A stretch of DNA of 64,000 bases, taken from Schizochytrium sp. TIO01. Taxonomy: Eukaryota > Protista > Bigyra: Labyrinthulomycetes. The notes below the pieces were generated by a model that had not been told where the DNA came from, did no database searches, and worked only from the letters and a program-made list of their open reading frames with translations. Made by a program: the position numbers and the translations under genes. This document shows, one piece after another, positions 1-11,429 of the stretch (position 1 is the stretch's first letter; each line of letters begins with the position of its first letter). The stretch spans positions 1,364,001 through 1,428,000 of the forward strand of contig SMSO01000034.1 in NCBI GenBank assembly GCA_004764695.1. The letters run 5' to 3'.

Positions 1-1
1 C

Positions 2-754
2 AATGACCAGAGAGCCAGGTCCAAGCTCAAGCCTGCTGTGTACAAGCTAAACCTAATGGACAGGATCGAGAAAGAGCTGCGCCCTGTTGAGGCGCGTATG
101 GCTTTTGTGTCAGGATCAGGCCTAAAAACTCTCAAGAAGTGGCTCAGTCCTAACGCAATTGACCAGACGCTGCCGGCACTCTCTCTGCGCTCCCGTTTGA
201 TCGAGCTGCTCTCAAAGCTTGATTTGGAAATGGAGATGATTCGCACTAGCGGAATCGGAAAGGTTGTCAACTACTTGAGCCAGCACCCAAAGGAAACTAC
301 CGCCAACAAGAAGGTTCTTACCGCTCTCATGCACAAATGGTCTCGTGATATTTTTGGCCGTGGTGATGGCTACCAGACACGCCGTGCTGATCCCACTGAG
401 GATGACAACATCGTTCGAGGAAGATCCCCGTCCCCGAGTCGGCCTTCTGAGAAGCGTAAGGCATCCTCTGGTGACGACGATGCCTCTGCTCGCCGTGGCC
501 TTGGGGATATTACTGGAGCATCGCGTAAGGACCGCATTCGTCTTGCTGTGGAAGCTCACCAAGCAAACAAAGATACTGGTTCGGCACGTGCTCGCATGCC
601 AACTGCTGTCAATCGCGAATTCAAGGTCCAGCCTCGTAGCTCTCTACACTTGGATGGTGGCGATCGAAAGCTTTACACAAAGGCCTCAAACAAACGTCTG
701 GAGATGGAAAAGACTCTTGCGAAGCGTCGTCGTATGACAAGTAAGGGCGTGTAA
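2..754 (+). CDS. IWS1: IWS1/Spn1 transcription elongation factor, C-terminal part (5'-truncated by the window)
   Basis: The frame is open from position 2 (NDQRARSKLKPAVYKLNLM...). It shows the IWS1-type TFIIS N-terminal domain motifs LKKWLSP..TLPALSLR, SGIGKVV.YL..HPKET.ANK and LMHKWSR.IFG, followed by RAR.P....F.V.P. Confidence 0.88.
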   Translation, partial: NDQRARSKLKPAVYKLNLMDRIEKELRPVEARMAFVSGSGLKTLKKWLSPNAIDQTLPALSLRSRLIELLSKLDLEMEMIRTSGIGKVVNYLSQHPKETTANKKVLTALMHKWSRDIFGRGDGYQTRRADPTEDDNIVRGRSPSPSRPSEKRKASSGDDDASARRGLGDITGASRKDRIRLAVEAHQANKDTGSARARMPTAVNREFKVQPRSSLHLDGGDRKLYTKASNKRLEMEKTLAKRRRMTSKGV

Positions 755-2601
755 ACATGAAGAGCGCCAGCTTATTGTTCCCTTCGCTTTCGAGTTCTTA
801 TAAAACACTTATCATATTGGAATAGTCTCGCCACACAGACGAGCCTGAGGATGTGCTCGCTTCCTCAGGAATTAAAGTTTCTGAATAAGGGAACCGAAGA
901 CAATTTTTCTTGTCAGTCTCATATGGACGGAAGAAAGCCACAAACCTACTTTAAAACCTAGATATACACATACTTACATAATTAACAGATATGGCTCAAG
1001 CTATTGTAATAATACGTGACGTGCTTTTTGCTTGGCTTCGGTTTTTTCATTATGTTGTGCCTCCGAACTAACAACTGCTACCCTAGTATCTTGGAACTTA
1101 ACATTCCAGGCTGCGTTGAAGGTTTTACTTAAACCCTTAGATCGGTTACCACGTGCAGCTTGAGGAAGTTCAGAACAAAGTCAACACCGGGTGATTGTCG
1201 TCAAAAGGTGGTATTGACTACGCCTTGAACTGTGCGAAACCCTCCAAGCTTTTACTTTTTTAACTTTATAACTATTTTTCTTGTTTAATGCGAATAATGC
1301 AATGTCATATGTCACAGATAGTATAATATTTAGGTACATTGTAGTAGGAACATGTCCGTGTCCCAAAACAGAAAAGTAGGCATCGGCATTTCTAACCATG
1401 TTTTGAGAGGTAAAGCTCAAGCACAGGAGAAGATACTGGTGTGCCTCGAAAATCCTTTCAGGTGCAACTTGTTTAAAAATTTAAAGAATTAAAATTAAAA
1501 TAAATAATAAACGCATAGAAAATAATAGAAAAATGATTTTGTCACTGAATGAGAAAAAGGGAGGACTTGGAGTTCGGGTATGGCACAAAAGTAACATGAT
1601 GAAGGGACTGAGTGATTGGCTGATTACACCTCTCGCAAGACAACATATTGAGTTGAGCTGAATGACTTAATCTTTCGGATGTGAAGGAAGGAATGAAATG
1701 AGCAACATTTCTTCTATTTCAGATGCCTTAAATAATTTAAATAATTTATTTTTTATATCATAAACAGTAAATGGCTTTTTTTTTCTTTTCTTGAAACCCC
1801 ACACATCTTTGTTTACCTCATCATCAGTCACACCTGCTTATAGACGAACTAAATCAATCATTCGAACTTCTCCCAATCTCTTGAGAATAAAAATTCTGAG
1901 TGTGACATCCCCACGAGTCGCACTCAGCAAATGCACCGTATCTCGTGCGCCGCGCTTTGCTCAGCAATTCTGTGAAGACAGTAAAGTATTAAAATACCTA
2001 ACTTCAGGTTAGGTTTTAGAATTGGAGGGTGCCCATCTTGCAAGTGGTAAAGTTGTACCTCTCAGCTAGCTACCTCTAGAGGTAATTTCACTAAATTTTC
2101 AATATCAAAGTTAAGAAATGCACCCCATTTCAAGCTTCGCATAGGAAAGGTCACCTGATTTGCTTGTCAACACGTGTCGACACGTACTCACAACATGGAC
2201 GTCACAATAAAATTTTCAAGTCCTGAGATTAATTTTCAGGTTTCTTATTTAGCGTAGAGGGGAAAAGGAAGAAGGAAAAATAGAAGAGAAGAGAAACGAA
2301 ATATTAGATCTTTTCTCTAGCTAGGTTAGGAAAAAAACACAAAAGACAAGAGGTCTTGCTAAGGCTTGTCTTTAATTCTCATTTGGATGTCACCCTTGAA
2401 AGTGCACAAACAGGTTTATCGGCAAGCATCTTCCAAGATTCTGGCCTCTTCCTTGCATTCTAGATATGTTGTATTTCTCATGGCGAGATTTGCTGCATAT
2501 TTTTGCCTTGTACATAAATGCGGAGAAGAGTGTCAAATTTTCTGAATCTTAGGTGAGTACGGATTGAAGTCAACCTAATACTCATAATTATTTAAAACAA
2601 T

Positions 2602-3567
2602 CTAAGGAGCAATATCTCGCCACTCAAGCTTGCCAGGGCGGAAAAGACCAAGGAAGCAACCAAGAGATTTTGCCTTCTTTACCATTTCCGGGGAAACGCT
2701 CTTACCTAGCGCAGAGCGATTTCCACTTAGACCCAGACTCGCTAACTTTGAATCTACTTTAATAAGCTCCTTCATAAGCGGCTCCACAGCAAAATGTTTG
2801 TCGAGTAATTTCGAATCTTTGAGCAACCCAAAAAACACGAAGTCTGTGAGATATGGTCTATTCGGATCTCCAGTTCGCGCACCTACGCGGCTTGCAACCT
2901 CAACGGGACGCCATAAATCTGAGCTTGGGAATGACTCCCTCATCATATTTAAGCATGACGTAGCTAAAGCAGTTTGTCGTTGCGTCGGGAAAAACGATCT
3001 TGGGTCGCTTGGATAGCTATTCTGAAAATGATCGAGTTCTGCTGCGGCCTCTTTCTCGTTCTTGACGCGCTTGACTCTGAACTGGAAATTTATAGGTTTG
3101 CCATATTCCACAAGCCTGCCCATCGTAAGACATCGATGCTGGCCATCCATAATGTAGAATGTCTTATCCGTAACCTCATCGATGATCAGAAAGTTGATCT
3201 GGCCAAAATCAAAGAACTCGCCTCGCTCTTTCATGCGCTGCAAATTTGATTGTACGCGTTCCTCAACGACATCATTGTTTACGGCCCGATTCGAGTTCAT
3301 GGGCATGAAGATACACTCGCTCTCCGTGAGCGTCTTGAAGTCCGCGAAGCCCGTGTACACGCTTCCCTCGGGGGATCGAACCACCGTGTGCTCACGCACG
3401 CCGTGTTCCATCACGTCCACGAGAGGCGACCGCAGCTCAGACGAAGCTGCCGCATGAACGTGAGCAGCGCCAGACCTTCTCGACGAGGGCGACCCGCCGT
3501 TGAGCGACGCCCTCTTGGTGGCCCTCCCCGTGCCGCTGTCTGAGTCAGAGGGAGCAGAGCGCTTCAT
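2602..3567 (-). CDS. DGQHR-motif (ParB/sulfiredoxin superfamily-like) protein, 321 aa
   Basis: Intact ORF with an ATG start. Motif order is NSNR...FDFGQINFLII...FYIMDGQHR...EAAAELDHFQN. The low-complexity N-terminus contains an NLS-like MKRS..ATKR. Confidence 0.72.
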   Translation of the reverse strand: MKRSAPSDSDSGTGRATKRASLNGGSPSSRRSGAAHVHAAASSELRSPLVDVMEHGVREHTVVRSPEGSVYTGFADFKTLTESECIFMPMNSNRAVNNDVVEERVQSNLQRMKERGEFFDFGQINFLIIDEVTDKTFYIMDGQHRCLTMGRLVEYGKPINFQFRVKRVKNEKEAAAELDHFQNSYPSDPRSFFPTQRQTALATSCLNMMRESFPSSDLWRPVEVASRVGARTGDPNRPYLTDFVFFGLLKDSKLLDKHFAVEPLMKELIKVDSKLASLGLSGNRSALGKSVSPEMVKKAKSLGCFLGLFRPGKLEWRDIAP

Positions 3568-4031
3568 GGTGACTCGGGCCCGAAGGTATTCTTGGGAGCG
3601 GAAAGATCAAGCGGCGATCGATGGGGCAGTTTGGAGCCTCTCAGCTCGGAGCAAAACGGCCCGATGGGTGCGGAGAGAAGCAGACTGGCAGGCCTCTGGC
3701 TGCGGCGCCAAACGGAGTTTCAGTTCTGCCCAAACACGCGAAGCAATGGACGCTTATTTTCGATTTTTTATTCTCTGACGAATTAATAGGATTTGGGGAG
3801 AAAGGCGCTATTTTATGCTATTGATTGATTGATTGATGGAATGATTGTTATTTCCTCCTTCCTTTGCTGGTTTTTGCAGCACTTCAGCACGGCATTCAAT
3901 GGCAACAGAGCCTCGTTCTCTACGCCTTCTCGCTTGTCCAATCGAGGCTCAAACTGCTCGGCGACCTCCTGCTGTCTTCTACTCGGAAAGGAAAGGTAAC
4001 CAGCGAGTGAAAGTGGTCAACCACAGGCTTC

Positions 4032-4125
4032 AATTAATTAATTAATTAATTAATTAATTAATTAATTAATTAATTAATTAATTAGTATGCAATGCAATGC
4101 AATGCAATGCGATGCGATGCGATGC
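4032..4125. repeat. (AATT)n microsatellite followed by (ATGCA/GCGAT)n pentamers
   Basis: Tandem repeats directly visible. Confidence 0.95.
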
Positions 4126-5134
4126 CCAGAACCAGAAATCAAGCACGGCATTCCCGCTGTTTCAATGTGAAATAGAGGACCCCGTAGGGGAATCTGGTCG
4201 ATCGGAGTCTGCCGAAGCAATCCGTGGTGTCGTGCAGACCTTGCGAAATGGACAGTTGTCGTGGACCTGCCGAAGTAGAGCGGCCTGAAGAAAGTTGACA
4301 GGAAGCGCTGGGAGCGCTCCAGCAACGCTCTTAAGTCTGAACAGAAGTGAGGCTAAGTTGTACAGTTTACCGTAACTGGGCCATTAAAGGTACACCACTT
4401 TTATCAACTTTTTATTTTATATTTTGTATTTATAATTTATTTTAATTGATGAAAATAAAAATTGAATGAATCAAAATGCTAACTTGAAACTTTTTTATCT
4501 TTATTAATTAATAATTCCGATTTGTAATTGTTTTAAATTTAATTTTAACAAAAGAATTGAGTGTTAAGTTTTTGCTTTTGCTTTTGCTTTGCTTTACTTT
4601 TGCTTTTCTTATTTTAAAAAAGTATTTTTTAAGATCTCAATGATACTAAGGCACTTCTTTTTGCCGTTCGCAAGATGACGACCTCGAGATCTATAGATGC
4701 CCTGCCATCTACATCGAAATAACCCATTCCGCGACCGCGTTACCAAGCTGCTGCAGAGGAGCACTGGGGCCAATAGAAAGTTCGCCAGGACACTCAGAGC
4801 AATTTTAGCAGAAAGAACTTCGAAGCCGAACCCGACTCGAAAGATACAAACAACTTAATTAAAGATTGGCACTGCTTCTTTTCAATTACTAGGCTCAGCA
4901 TAAAAATATTAATATGCTAGTAGTAAAAATATGCGATGGAGCGGCATGAGCTCGTGCGGAATTGGCAGCTCGCCTTTGGAAAGATTTCGAGCTCGCTCGC
5001 TGGAGACCTGGAGCGGCAGAACCATAATTAGCGGCAGCCTCGAACCTGGAGCAACAATCTGCCAGGTTTGAGCAACAGAGAGGATAGCTTTGTTAAAGCG
5101 AGATCTACAGGAGTGAAGGCAAGTCTGAACAAAA

Positions 5135-6754
5135 ATGGCGGCAAGAAAGGCGGCGATGGGCGCCCTCGTCGCTGGAGGCGCTGCGTTCTGGGCTTTCAGA
5201 GGCGATGCAAATGATGCTGGAAAATCGCTGGAGGCCCGCGCGATGCCACAACAGGAGAAACCGCGCGAAAGCGTCTCCAACTGGTCCCAGACGCACGAAT
5301 GTAGGCCTCGCGAGGTGCTGAGGCCCTCAAGTGCAGGCGAAGTACAGGAGATCCTCCAGAAAGCTCATGAAAATGGGGACAAAATCCGCATCATGGGCTC
5401 GGGGTTGTCGCCAAATGGTATTGCATTTTCGCAGGAAAAGCTGCTCACAATTGAGAACATGAACGAAGTCATCTCGGTTGACAAAAGCAGCAAGCAGGTT
5501 ACTGTGCAATGCGGCACGCTCGTTGGCGAGATTCTAGAATACCTGAAGGAGCATGACCTCACGCTTCAGAACTTGGCCAGTATCAACCAGCAGCAGCTTG
5601 GTGGATTTATCCAGGTTGGCGCCCATGGTACAGGCGCAGCTATTCCACCTGTTGAAGAGCAAATAGTGGCTCTGGAAATTGCAACACCGGCCATGGGTAC
5701 GCTCAAGCTCAAGCGCGGAGATGAGCTCTTCGACATGGTCAAGTGTGGACTTGGGTGTTTTGGAGTTGTCACACAAATCACAATCCAGTGTGTGGATGCT
5801 CATAGACTTAAGGAAGACACCTTTGTTCTCCCACAGCCTAAGATTAATGCAGCGCATGTTGACACTCTTCACAAATATCGGCACGCACGGTACATGTGGA
5901 TCCCTTACACGGGCCATGCAGTTGTTGTGCAAAGTAATCCAACAAAGGACCCACTGAGTGGGGATGAGTCTGTTTCTACCAAGGAGCATGCACGCAGGGT
6001 TGCACCCATGACCTCGTTGCTTCAAACATTACTGCAAAAGACCTCGCAGGTTGTCCCGAAAAACCTCGATGCTATGGGATTTGGAGAGCTCCGAGACTGG
6101 CTTCTTCGCGCAGGGCCGGGTCCCCTTGATCCGGAACATGTAAAGGAGGCGAACAAGGCAGAGTTAGAGTTTTGGAAGCGCTCAGAAGCACGAGGAGTTG
6201 TAAACGATTCTTTTGATGTGCTGGCTTTTGACTGTGGAGGCCAGCAGCTCGTTCATGAAGTCGTCCTTCCCTGCGGTACTGTCAAAAAGCCCGATGGCCG
6301 TGACCTTGAGTTCATTGATGCCATTCTCAAGCGTATTGAAAAGCTCAACATTGCAGCGCCTGCGCCAATTGAACAGCGCTGGAGCTGTGGCTCTAGTGCC
6401 CCCATGAGCCCTGTCCATGTGTCTAGCGACAGCCCGCACAAGCCGCATGATTCCCTTTTCTCCTGGGTTGGCATTATCATGTATCTTCCTACCCAAGACC
6501 CGGCTGAGCGCAAGGCTATTGAGGATGCATTTTACGACTACAAGCAGGTTGTTGAGGAAATCAATGAGGAAGGTGACTTTAAAGCTGTCACTCATTGGGC
6601 CAAAATTGAGGTACCTCGAACTGATGAGGTTGTCGAGCAGGAGCGCAAGAAACTTGCAAAGAGGTATCCTCTCAAGGCTTTTGAGGAGCTTCGTTCCAAG
6701 GTCGACCCCAAGCGCGTGCTTACCAACGACCTTATCGACACCCTGTTGTCCTAA
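5135..6754 (+). CDS. GLDH: L-galactono-1,4-lactone dehydrogenase (FAD-linked, mitochondrial)
   Basis: Motifs NWSQTHEC, GSGLSPNG (Leu at the position where GULO has its covalent-FAD His), LQNLASI..QQLGGFIQVGAHGTG, APAPIEQRW, FSWVGIIMYLP, HWAKIE and DPKRVL.N. Confidence 0.93.
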   Translation: MAARKAAMGALVAGGAAFWAFRGDANDAGKSLEARAMPQQEKPRESVSNWSQTHECRPREVLRPSSAGEVQEILQKAHENGDKIRIMGSGLSPNGIAFSQEKLLTIENMNEVISVDKSSKQVTVQCGTLVGEILEYLKEHDLTLQNLASINQQQLGGFIQVGAHGTGAAIPPVEEQIVALEIATPAMGTLKLKRGDELFDMVKCGLGCFGVVTQITIQCVDAHRLKEDTFVLPQPKINAAHVDTLHKYRHARYMWIPYTGHAVVVQSNPTKDPLSGDESVSTKEHARRVAPMTSLLQTLLQKTSQVVPKNLDAMGFGELRDWLLRAGPGPLDPEHVKEANKAELEFWKRSEARGVVNDSFDVLAFDCGGQQLVHEVVLPCGTVKKPDGRDLEFIDAILKRIEKLNIAAPAPIEQRWSCGSSAPMSPVHVSSDSPHKPHDSLFSWVGIIMYLPTQDPAERKAIEDAFYDYKQVVEEINEEGDFKAVTHWAKIEVPRTDEVVEQERKKLAKRYPLKAFEELRSKVDPKRVLTNDLIDTLLS

Positions 6755-7025
6755 TTAGCAAACAAACACATAATATTATTCACTATGCAACACCTTTCAC
6801 TTTGCTTTATCAATAATTATTCCTCGTGCTAAAGCTATATGAGTGCTCTTTGTTTAAACAAACAGAGCCTCTTGTCTACATCTTTACAAGCTATACTGTA
6901 TATTTACAAAGTGACATGACTTTTAAAATAGATTGCAGATACCACAGGTACGTATTTATTTGCTGTTTCCTTTGGAACGAAAGAAAATGAGCCCCAAAAC
7001 TATCTTTTTGAAGGCTAGTCGTACT

Positions 7026-8888
7026 TCAATTTGTTTCAAGCCTACTGAATAAATTAGGGCCACCACGTGGAGTGGTGGCGTCGGCATGCCTAATCATTTG
7101 ATGAAGCGCATGTCTATCTCTGATACGCTGTAAAGTTGATAAGGAATTTCTAATTTCTATTTGACGTTCATAGCGCTGCTCTAGTACATGTTCAGCCCCA
7201 TGTTCATACTTGCCCAATGCGTCCAATACAAGATTATCCACATCATTTCGAGGTTTCTTGTATGCTTGTTTCGAATAACGAATACGATTGGGATAGAACC
7301 AGTCGTAATCTGTTTCTGGTGGAATTGGAGACTTATTGATATAGTTGTCAACCTTAGTCAAATCAAATGTGTCTGCGTTGCTATGATCTTGGAAACTGGC
7401 TGTAAAATCGTTCCGATGAGTAGTTTTAAATTTTTTATGGTGGTGGTGGTGGTGTTGATGACGATGGCGATGATAATAATCCCGATTCGAACTATCTAGT
7501 GAAGTTTTTACATCTCTCTCTCCGTTTACCCCTATTTTCAGCTGTTGATGTTCTGCCTGCTCCTTTTGTCGAGGACTCAGAAGCGTCATGTGTTGCCATG
7601 AATTGCGTAATATTCTAGGACGTTGCTCATAAATAGACGTAGGGACATAATGACCGTTATATAAATTCACCAAAGGCATGCGTGAGCCATCATACATCTG
7701 CAGGACGCGACAACCTTTAATTTCAGAAATAGAGAAGCTGACACGCGTACTTGAATACCACACCTTGAAGGCATATGCAATACGACCCATTATCCATTTC
7801 TCGATAGAGCTTCGAAGCATTGAGCGAGCCCGCTTTTTTTCACGTAGAAAAAGCATCCACATTTCAAAAGCTGACGCCAATGTACGAGCTGTCCACATTT
7901 GGTTTGCAGCACGCTCCCGAAGTGATGCTGCAAGCCGCAGATCATGCGCAATCTGCTGGGCCTCGGAAATTGCGTTCTTAGCAGCCATGAAGCGTTGCAG
8001 CGTCACGATAGCTCCAAGACGCTGATTGGCAATTCTACGTGCTGATTGACGCCTCTGTAAGGATTGAATACGTTGCGCAGCAGCACGACGACGTTGTAGT
8101 CTGACAAGAGCTTGGATTGTACGAACTGCTGAATGAAACTTCGCGGCCCGGCGTCGCGCCAAGTACCCTCTTACTCGAGCTTGAAATATTGTCATACAGC
8201 GAATGAAATCTAGCTTTGACATTGTTTGTTCTGCATTTCCAAGACGAGCCTGTAAATGCGAGTTATCAACAACTTTCTGTACCTCTTGTAAAAGCTCTTG
8301 TTCGCGTGCCTGTAATTTTCGCTGGGCAGCTTTGAGCGCAGCAATTTTTTCATTAGCGGCGGCCTTGTATGCTTCAACTCCCTTTGATTTCGTTTGTGAA
8401 AAGACTTTGGATTCAAGAGCATCTACCTGGGCTTGAATCATTGCTTTGCGATCTAGATCAGGAGCCATCAAGCTTGCCATTACCTTGTTTCGATTATGTT
8501 GCAGTCCCTCTGTTAGATCTTGAATGATACGCTTTGTGCGTTCAATCGTAAGAATGATGGTATACATTTTGTCCACACACTCCCTGCGTATGCTTTCGTC
8601 AATACCACTTCGAAACTCCTCAAATATGTTATCTTCTTTTGAAATAGATGCGATAAGAGGTTCGGCAAAATCATCTACGTGCATATTCATGATCTTTTTT
8701 ACATCTTCGTCCGCGATTGAAGTTAGCCCATTCACACTATCCTGGTCCTTTGTGCTTATGACCTCTCTCTCAGAGTCGTTTGCTTCCAAAGAAACGTGAG
8801 GTTTAGCACTTCGCTCTTTTGTAGTCTTTTCCTCTGGCTTGGTTCTTGCGAATCGAAGCGCAAGACGCATGCGCTTCCAAGCACCCAT
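7026..8888 (-). CDS. Coiled-coil protein with tandem IQ (calmodulin-binding) motifs
   Basis: 620-aa ORF with IFQARVRGYLARRR, IQALVRLQRRR, IQSLQRRQSARR and LQRFMAAK motifs, an upstream coiled coil and a His-rich tract. Confidence 0.75.
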   Translation of the reverse strand: MGAWKRMRLALRFARTKPEEKTTKERSAKPHVSLEANDSEREVISTKDQDSVNGLTSIADEDVKKIMNMHVDDFAEPLIASISKEDNIFEEFRSGIDESIRRECVDKMYTIILTIERTKRIIQDLTEGLQHNRNKVMASLMAPDLDRKAMIQAQVDALESKVFSQTKSKGVEAYKAAANEKIAALKAAQRKLQAREQELLQEVQKVVDNSHLQARLGNAEQTMSKLDFIRCMTIFQARVRGYLARRRAAKFHSAVRTIQALVRLQRRRAAAQRIQSLQRRQSARRIANQRLGAIVTLQRFMAAKNAISEAQQIAHDLRLAASLRERAANQMWTARTLASAFEMWMLFLREKKRARSMLRSSIEKWIMGRIAYAFKVWYSSTRVSFSISEIKGCRVLQMYDGSRMPLVNLYNGHYVPTSIYEQRPRILRNSWQHMTLLSPRQKEQAEHQQLKIGVNGERDVKTSLDSSNRDYYHRHRHQHHHHHHKKFKTTHRNDFTASFQDHSNADTFDLTKVDNYINKSPIPPETDYDWFYPNRIRYSKQAYKKPRNDVDNLVLDALGKYEHGAEHVLEQRYERQIEIRNSLSTLQRIRDRHALHQMIRHADATTPRGGPNLFSRLETN

Positions 8889-10766
8889 CTTGTGCCCGGC
8901 TCGCGAGTTTTGTTAAGATTTACCATACCAGAGCCATTCTGCAAGGGCGCGTCTCACAGCTGGATATAGCAAAATTGTTGATTGTTTTACCCAAAATCAT
9001 CTGCAAGCTCCGTCGATCGAGGTGCAACCGGGCTTCAAGATTATTTTAAAGGTAAACTACTAAAGACTTAAAGTACACACCCACCGCGCCCAAGGGAATG
9101 GTCAACTATGACCTATGTGTATTGATAAGTCCCTTCTTCTTTTAAAATGCAGAAGAAGGGATATTATTCCAAGAGAAATCTATGTTTTTCTGTAGAATGC
9201 TGAAAAGGCAGTTCGGATATATAATCAGAACCTCGATGTGTTTCAAAGGGGTAGTATATAAAACACCTATAACTTTTTAGTTGAGATTTGTCATTAGAAA
9301 TGTTTTTTGTGTTGAAGTTCCGACTCTGAGTAAAGCTCAATCTCCACGTCCTACTTTCCGAGTGAAACAATAAAAAGGTGCACATTATAAATTTTTAGAC
9401 TCAACTTCAGCTAGAACATTCAAAAGAAATATTGTGAACTGTCACAGGCTAATGTGCATTGTGCGAATTGCGTACCCTATCCTAGTGTCCCGAAGATATC
9501 AAATTCAAAGGTTATCTATTAACTTATTTACAGTTCTAGTCAGATGATTTTTTTCTGATCTTGGGGTTTTCCAATTACGCATACACCTATTGCTTGGTTC
9601 AGGTCGTTAGAACGCGAAGATTAGATCCCTTCGCATACCTCATAAAGATTCAGATACCAAGCACTTATTGTCCATTAGGGCAATTAATGTTGGACAATTA
9701 ATGTTGTGCATAATGGAGAAAGGTCACCACATGAGCAGCACTACTGAGTATAAGACCACCACTAAGTCAATTTCTATTATCTGACTAAGCCTAGGTCGTG
9801 CTGTCTTCATACAATTATTTTTTACTAACTTGCCGGTCCCCAGCTGCTCGTGTCTCTTCGGTGGAAGCTGCAGCAGATCCCTTCACCAGCTGGAACTCTT
9901 TGTATATTCTGATGAAACAAAGTGTAGGTCGGGTATGGCAGATACACGGTTCCTAACATACAGATAAGGTATCATTTGGGAGTTCTTTCTCTTCATTACA
10001 CGCACACACATACTATAAAGTGAACAATGACGATAGTATATGTGAGGTAATAATGATGAGCCAAAAACCACTTATGCGGGGAAGAGAAGCATTTAGGTAT
10101 CTTCCAGGACGCCAGCTGGATACTTTTCTGTGTAGATACTTAGGCACCTAAAGTCGCTATTAAGTATCCTACTTACCAAAAAATAAGAAAAGAAAAATGC
10201 GAAGAAGAAAAAAGAGTTAGGCTAAATCATGTTTAAACCTTGGGAGCTTTTGACGTTGAAAATTTGAGGCTACTTATTCACTCATTGAGGTTCTTTCAAA
10301 ATGCAAACATACCTGGAAAAGTGATTTGTAAAACCCAGAGTCAACTTACTCTGATCATGGGTAAGCTTTGGTACCTACCTCTAGAGGTAGTTCCCAGACA
10401 CTGTAAAAGGTACTTTTCCACTTTTTGTTTTTGCACTTTCTGGACGGGTCCTAGAGCATTAGTACATATTGGAATAGAATGCTCAATGCACCGCACGTGC
10501 AATGGAGTAAATTTTGCTCACACTATCGAGCTTTGGAGTAGAATAAGAGTTATTAGATCTTAGGACAAGTCTGAGTGGACAGTAGTCCTAGTGGTAGCCA
10601 CGTTCGCTTTAAGAAAATACTTCCTAGGCCTATTCGGGAAAAGGTGACCCTTGCGAAAATTTTCATTTGAAGCTTTAGAGAAAATCAAACAGCAGTCCCC
10701 GAATGGACGGTACTGCATTGGAGTTCTCTTCGTCCAGCGCGGCAAACATAGGGACTCAACTTCACT

Positions 10767-11429
10767 ATGGATGAATCAGACCAAGAGAGTGCTGCCAAAC
10801 AGCAAGAGTTGCGGACTACAAAGTCTGTACAGTCTCTTGATCGAATGGCATCTATCACAAAGGATACACCGAAATCCGGTCGAGAATGTTGGCAGGAGGT
10901 GCTTGATATTGGCGGCGAGACAGTATATAGCTATTTGCAAACTCAATATATTTTGTGGGATGGTATTGCAGTTGCCCTTTTGGTGCTGGCATTGCAAGCT
11001 TTTTGTTTCAGCATCTTTCTTCAGGAGGCCATCAAGTGCGGTATCTGGAATGCTGATGACTGCACTCTTAGCGGAGGGATTTTGAGCCATGATGATAATG
11101 GCCAACTAGAACTAAACGATGACGCTGCAACACCTGCTGGCATTGTTGTTGGTTTGGTGATTGCACTCATTTTCTTGCTGCCTGATTTTATGAAAGGTAT
11201 GGTTTTTCTACGTAAAGGCTATATTATAATTGGCCTTGTACACGCAATGATATCTATTTATGCAATTGTGACTTCGTGCATGTATTGTGCTACAACTTCT
11301 GCATCAGATGTCTCTCTGCTTACAAACATTGTTGTTCTTGTGTTTCTCACTGATCTAGACGAGCGAATGTTTGAGGTCCATGGCTATGCAAGAAATGCTT
11401 TCCACGGGAAGTATGTGACTGCGATGTAA
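10767..11429 (+). CDS. Uncharacterised multi-pass membrane protein, 220 aa
   Basis: About four hydrophobic segments and a C-terminal TNIVVLVFLTDLDE motif. The ORF is clean from ATG to TAA. Confidence 0.7.
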   Translation: MDESDQESAAKQQELRTTKSVQSLDRMASITKDTPKSGRECWQEVLDIGGETVYSYLQTQYILWDGIAVALLVLALQAFCFSIFLQEAIKCGIWNADDCTLSGGILSHDDNGQLELNDDAATPAGIVVGLVIALIFLLPDFMKGMVFLRKGYIIIGLVHAMISIYAIVTSCMYCATTSASDVSLLTNIVVLVFLTDLDERMFEVHGYARNAFHGKYVTAM

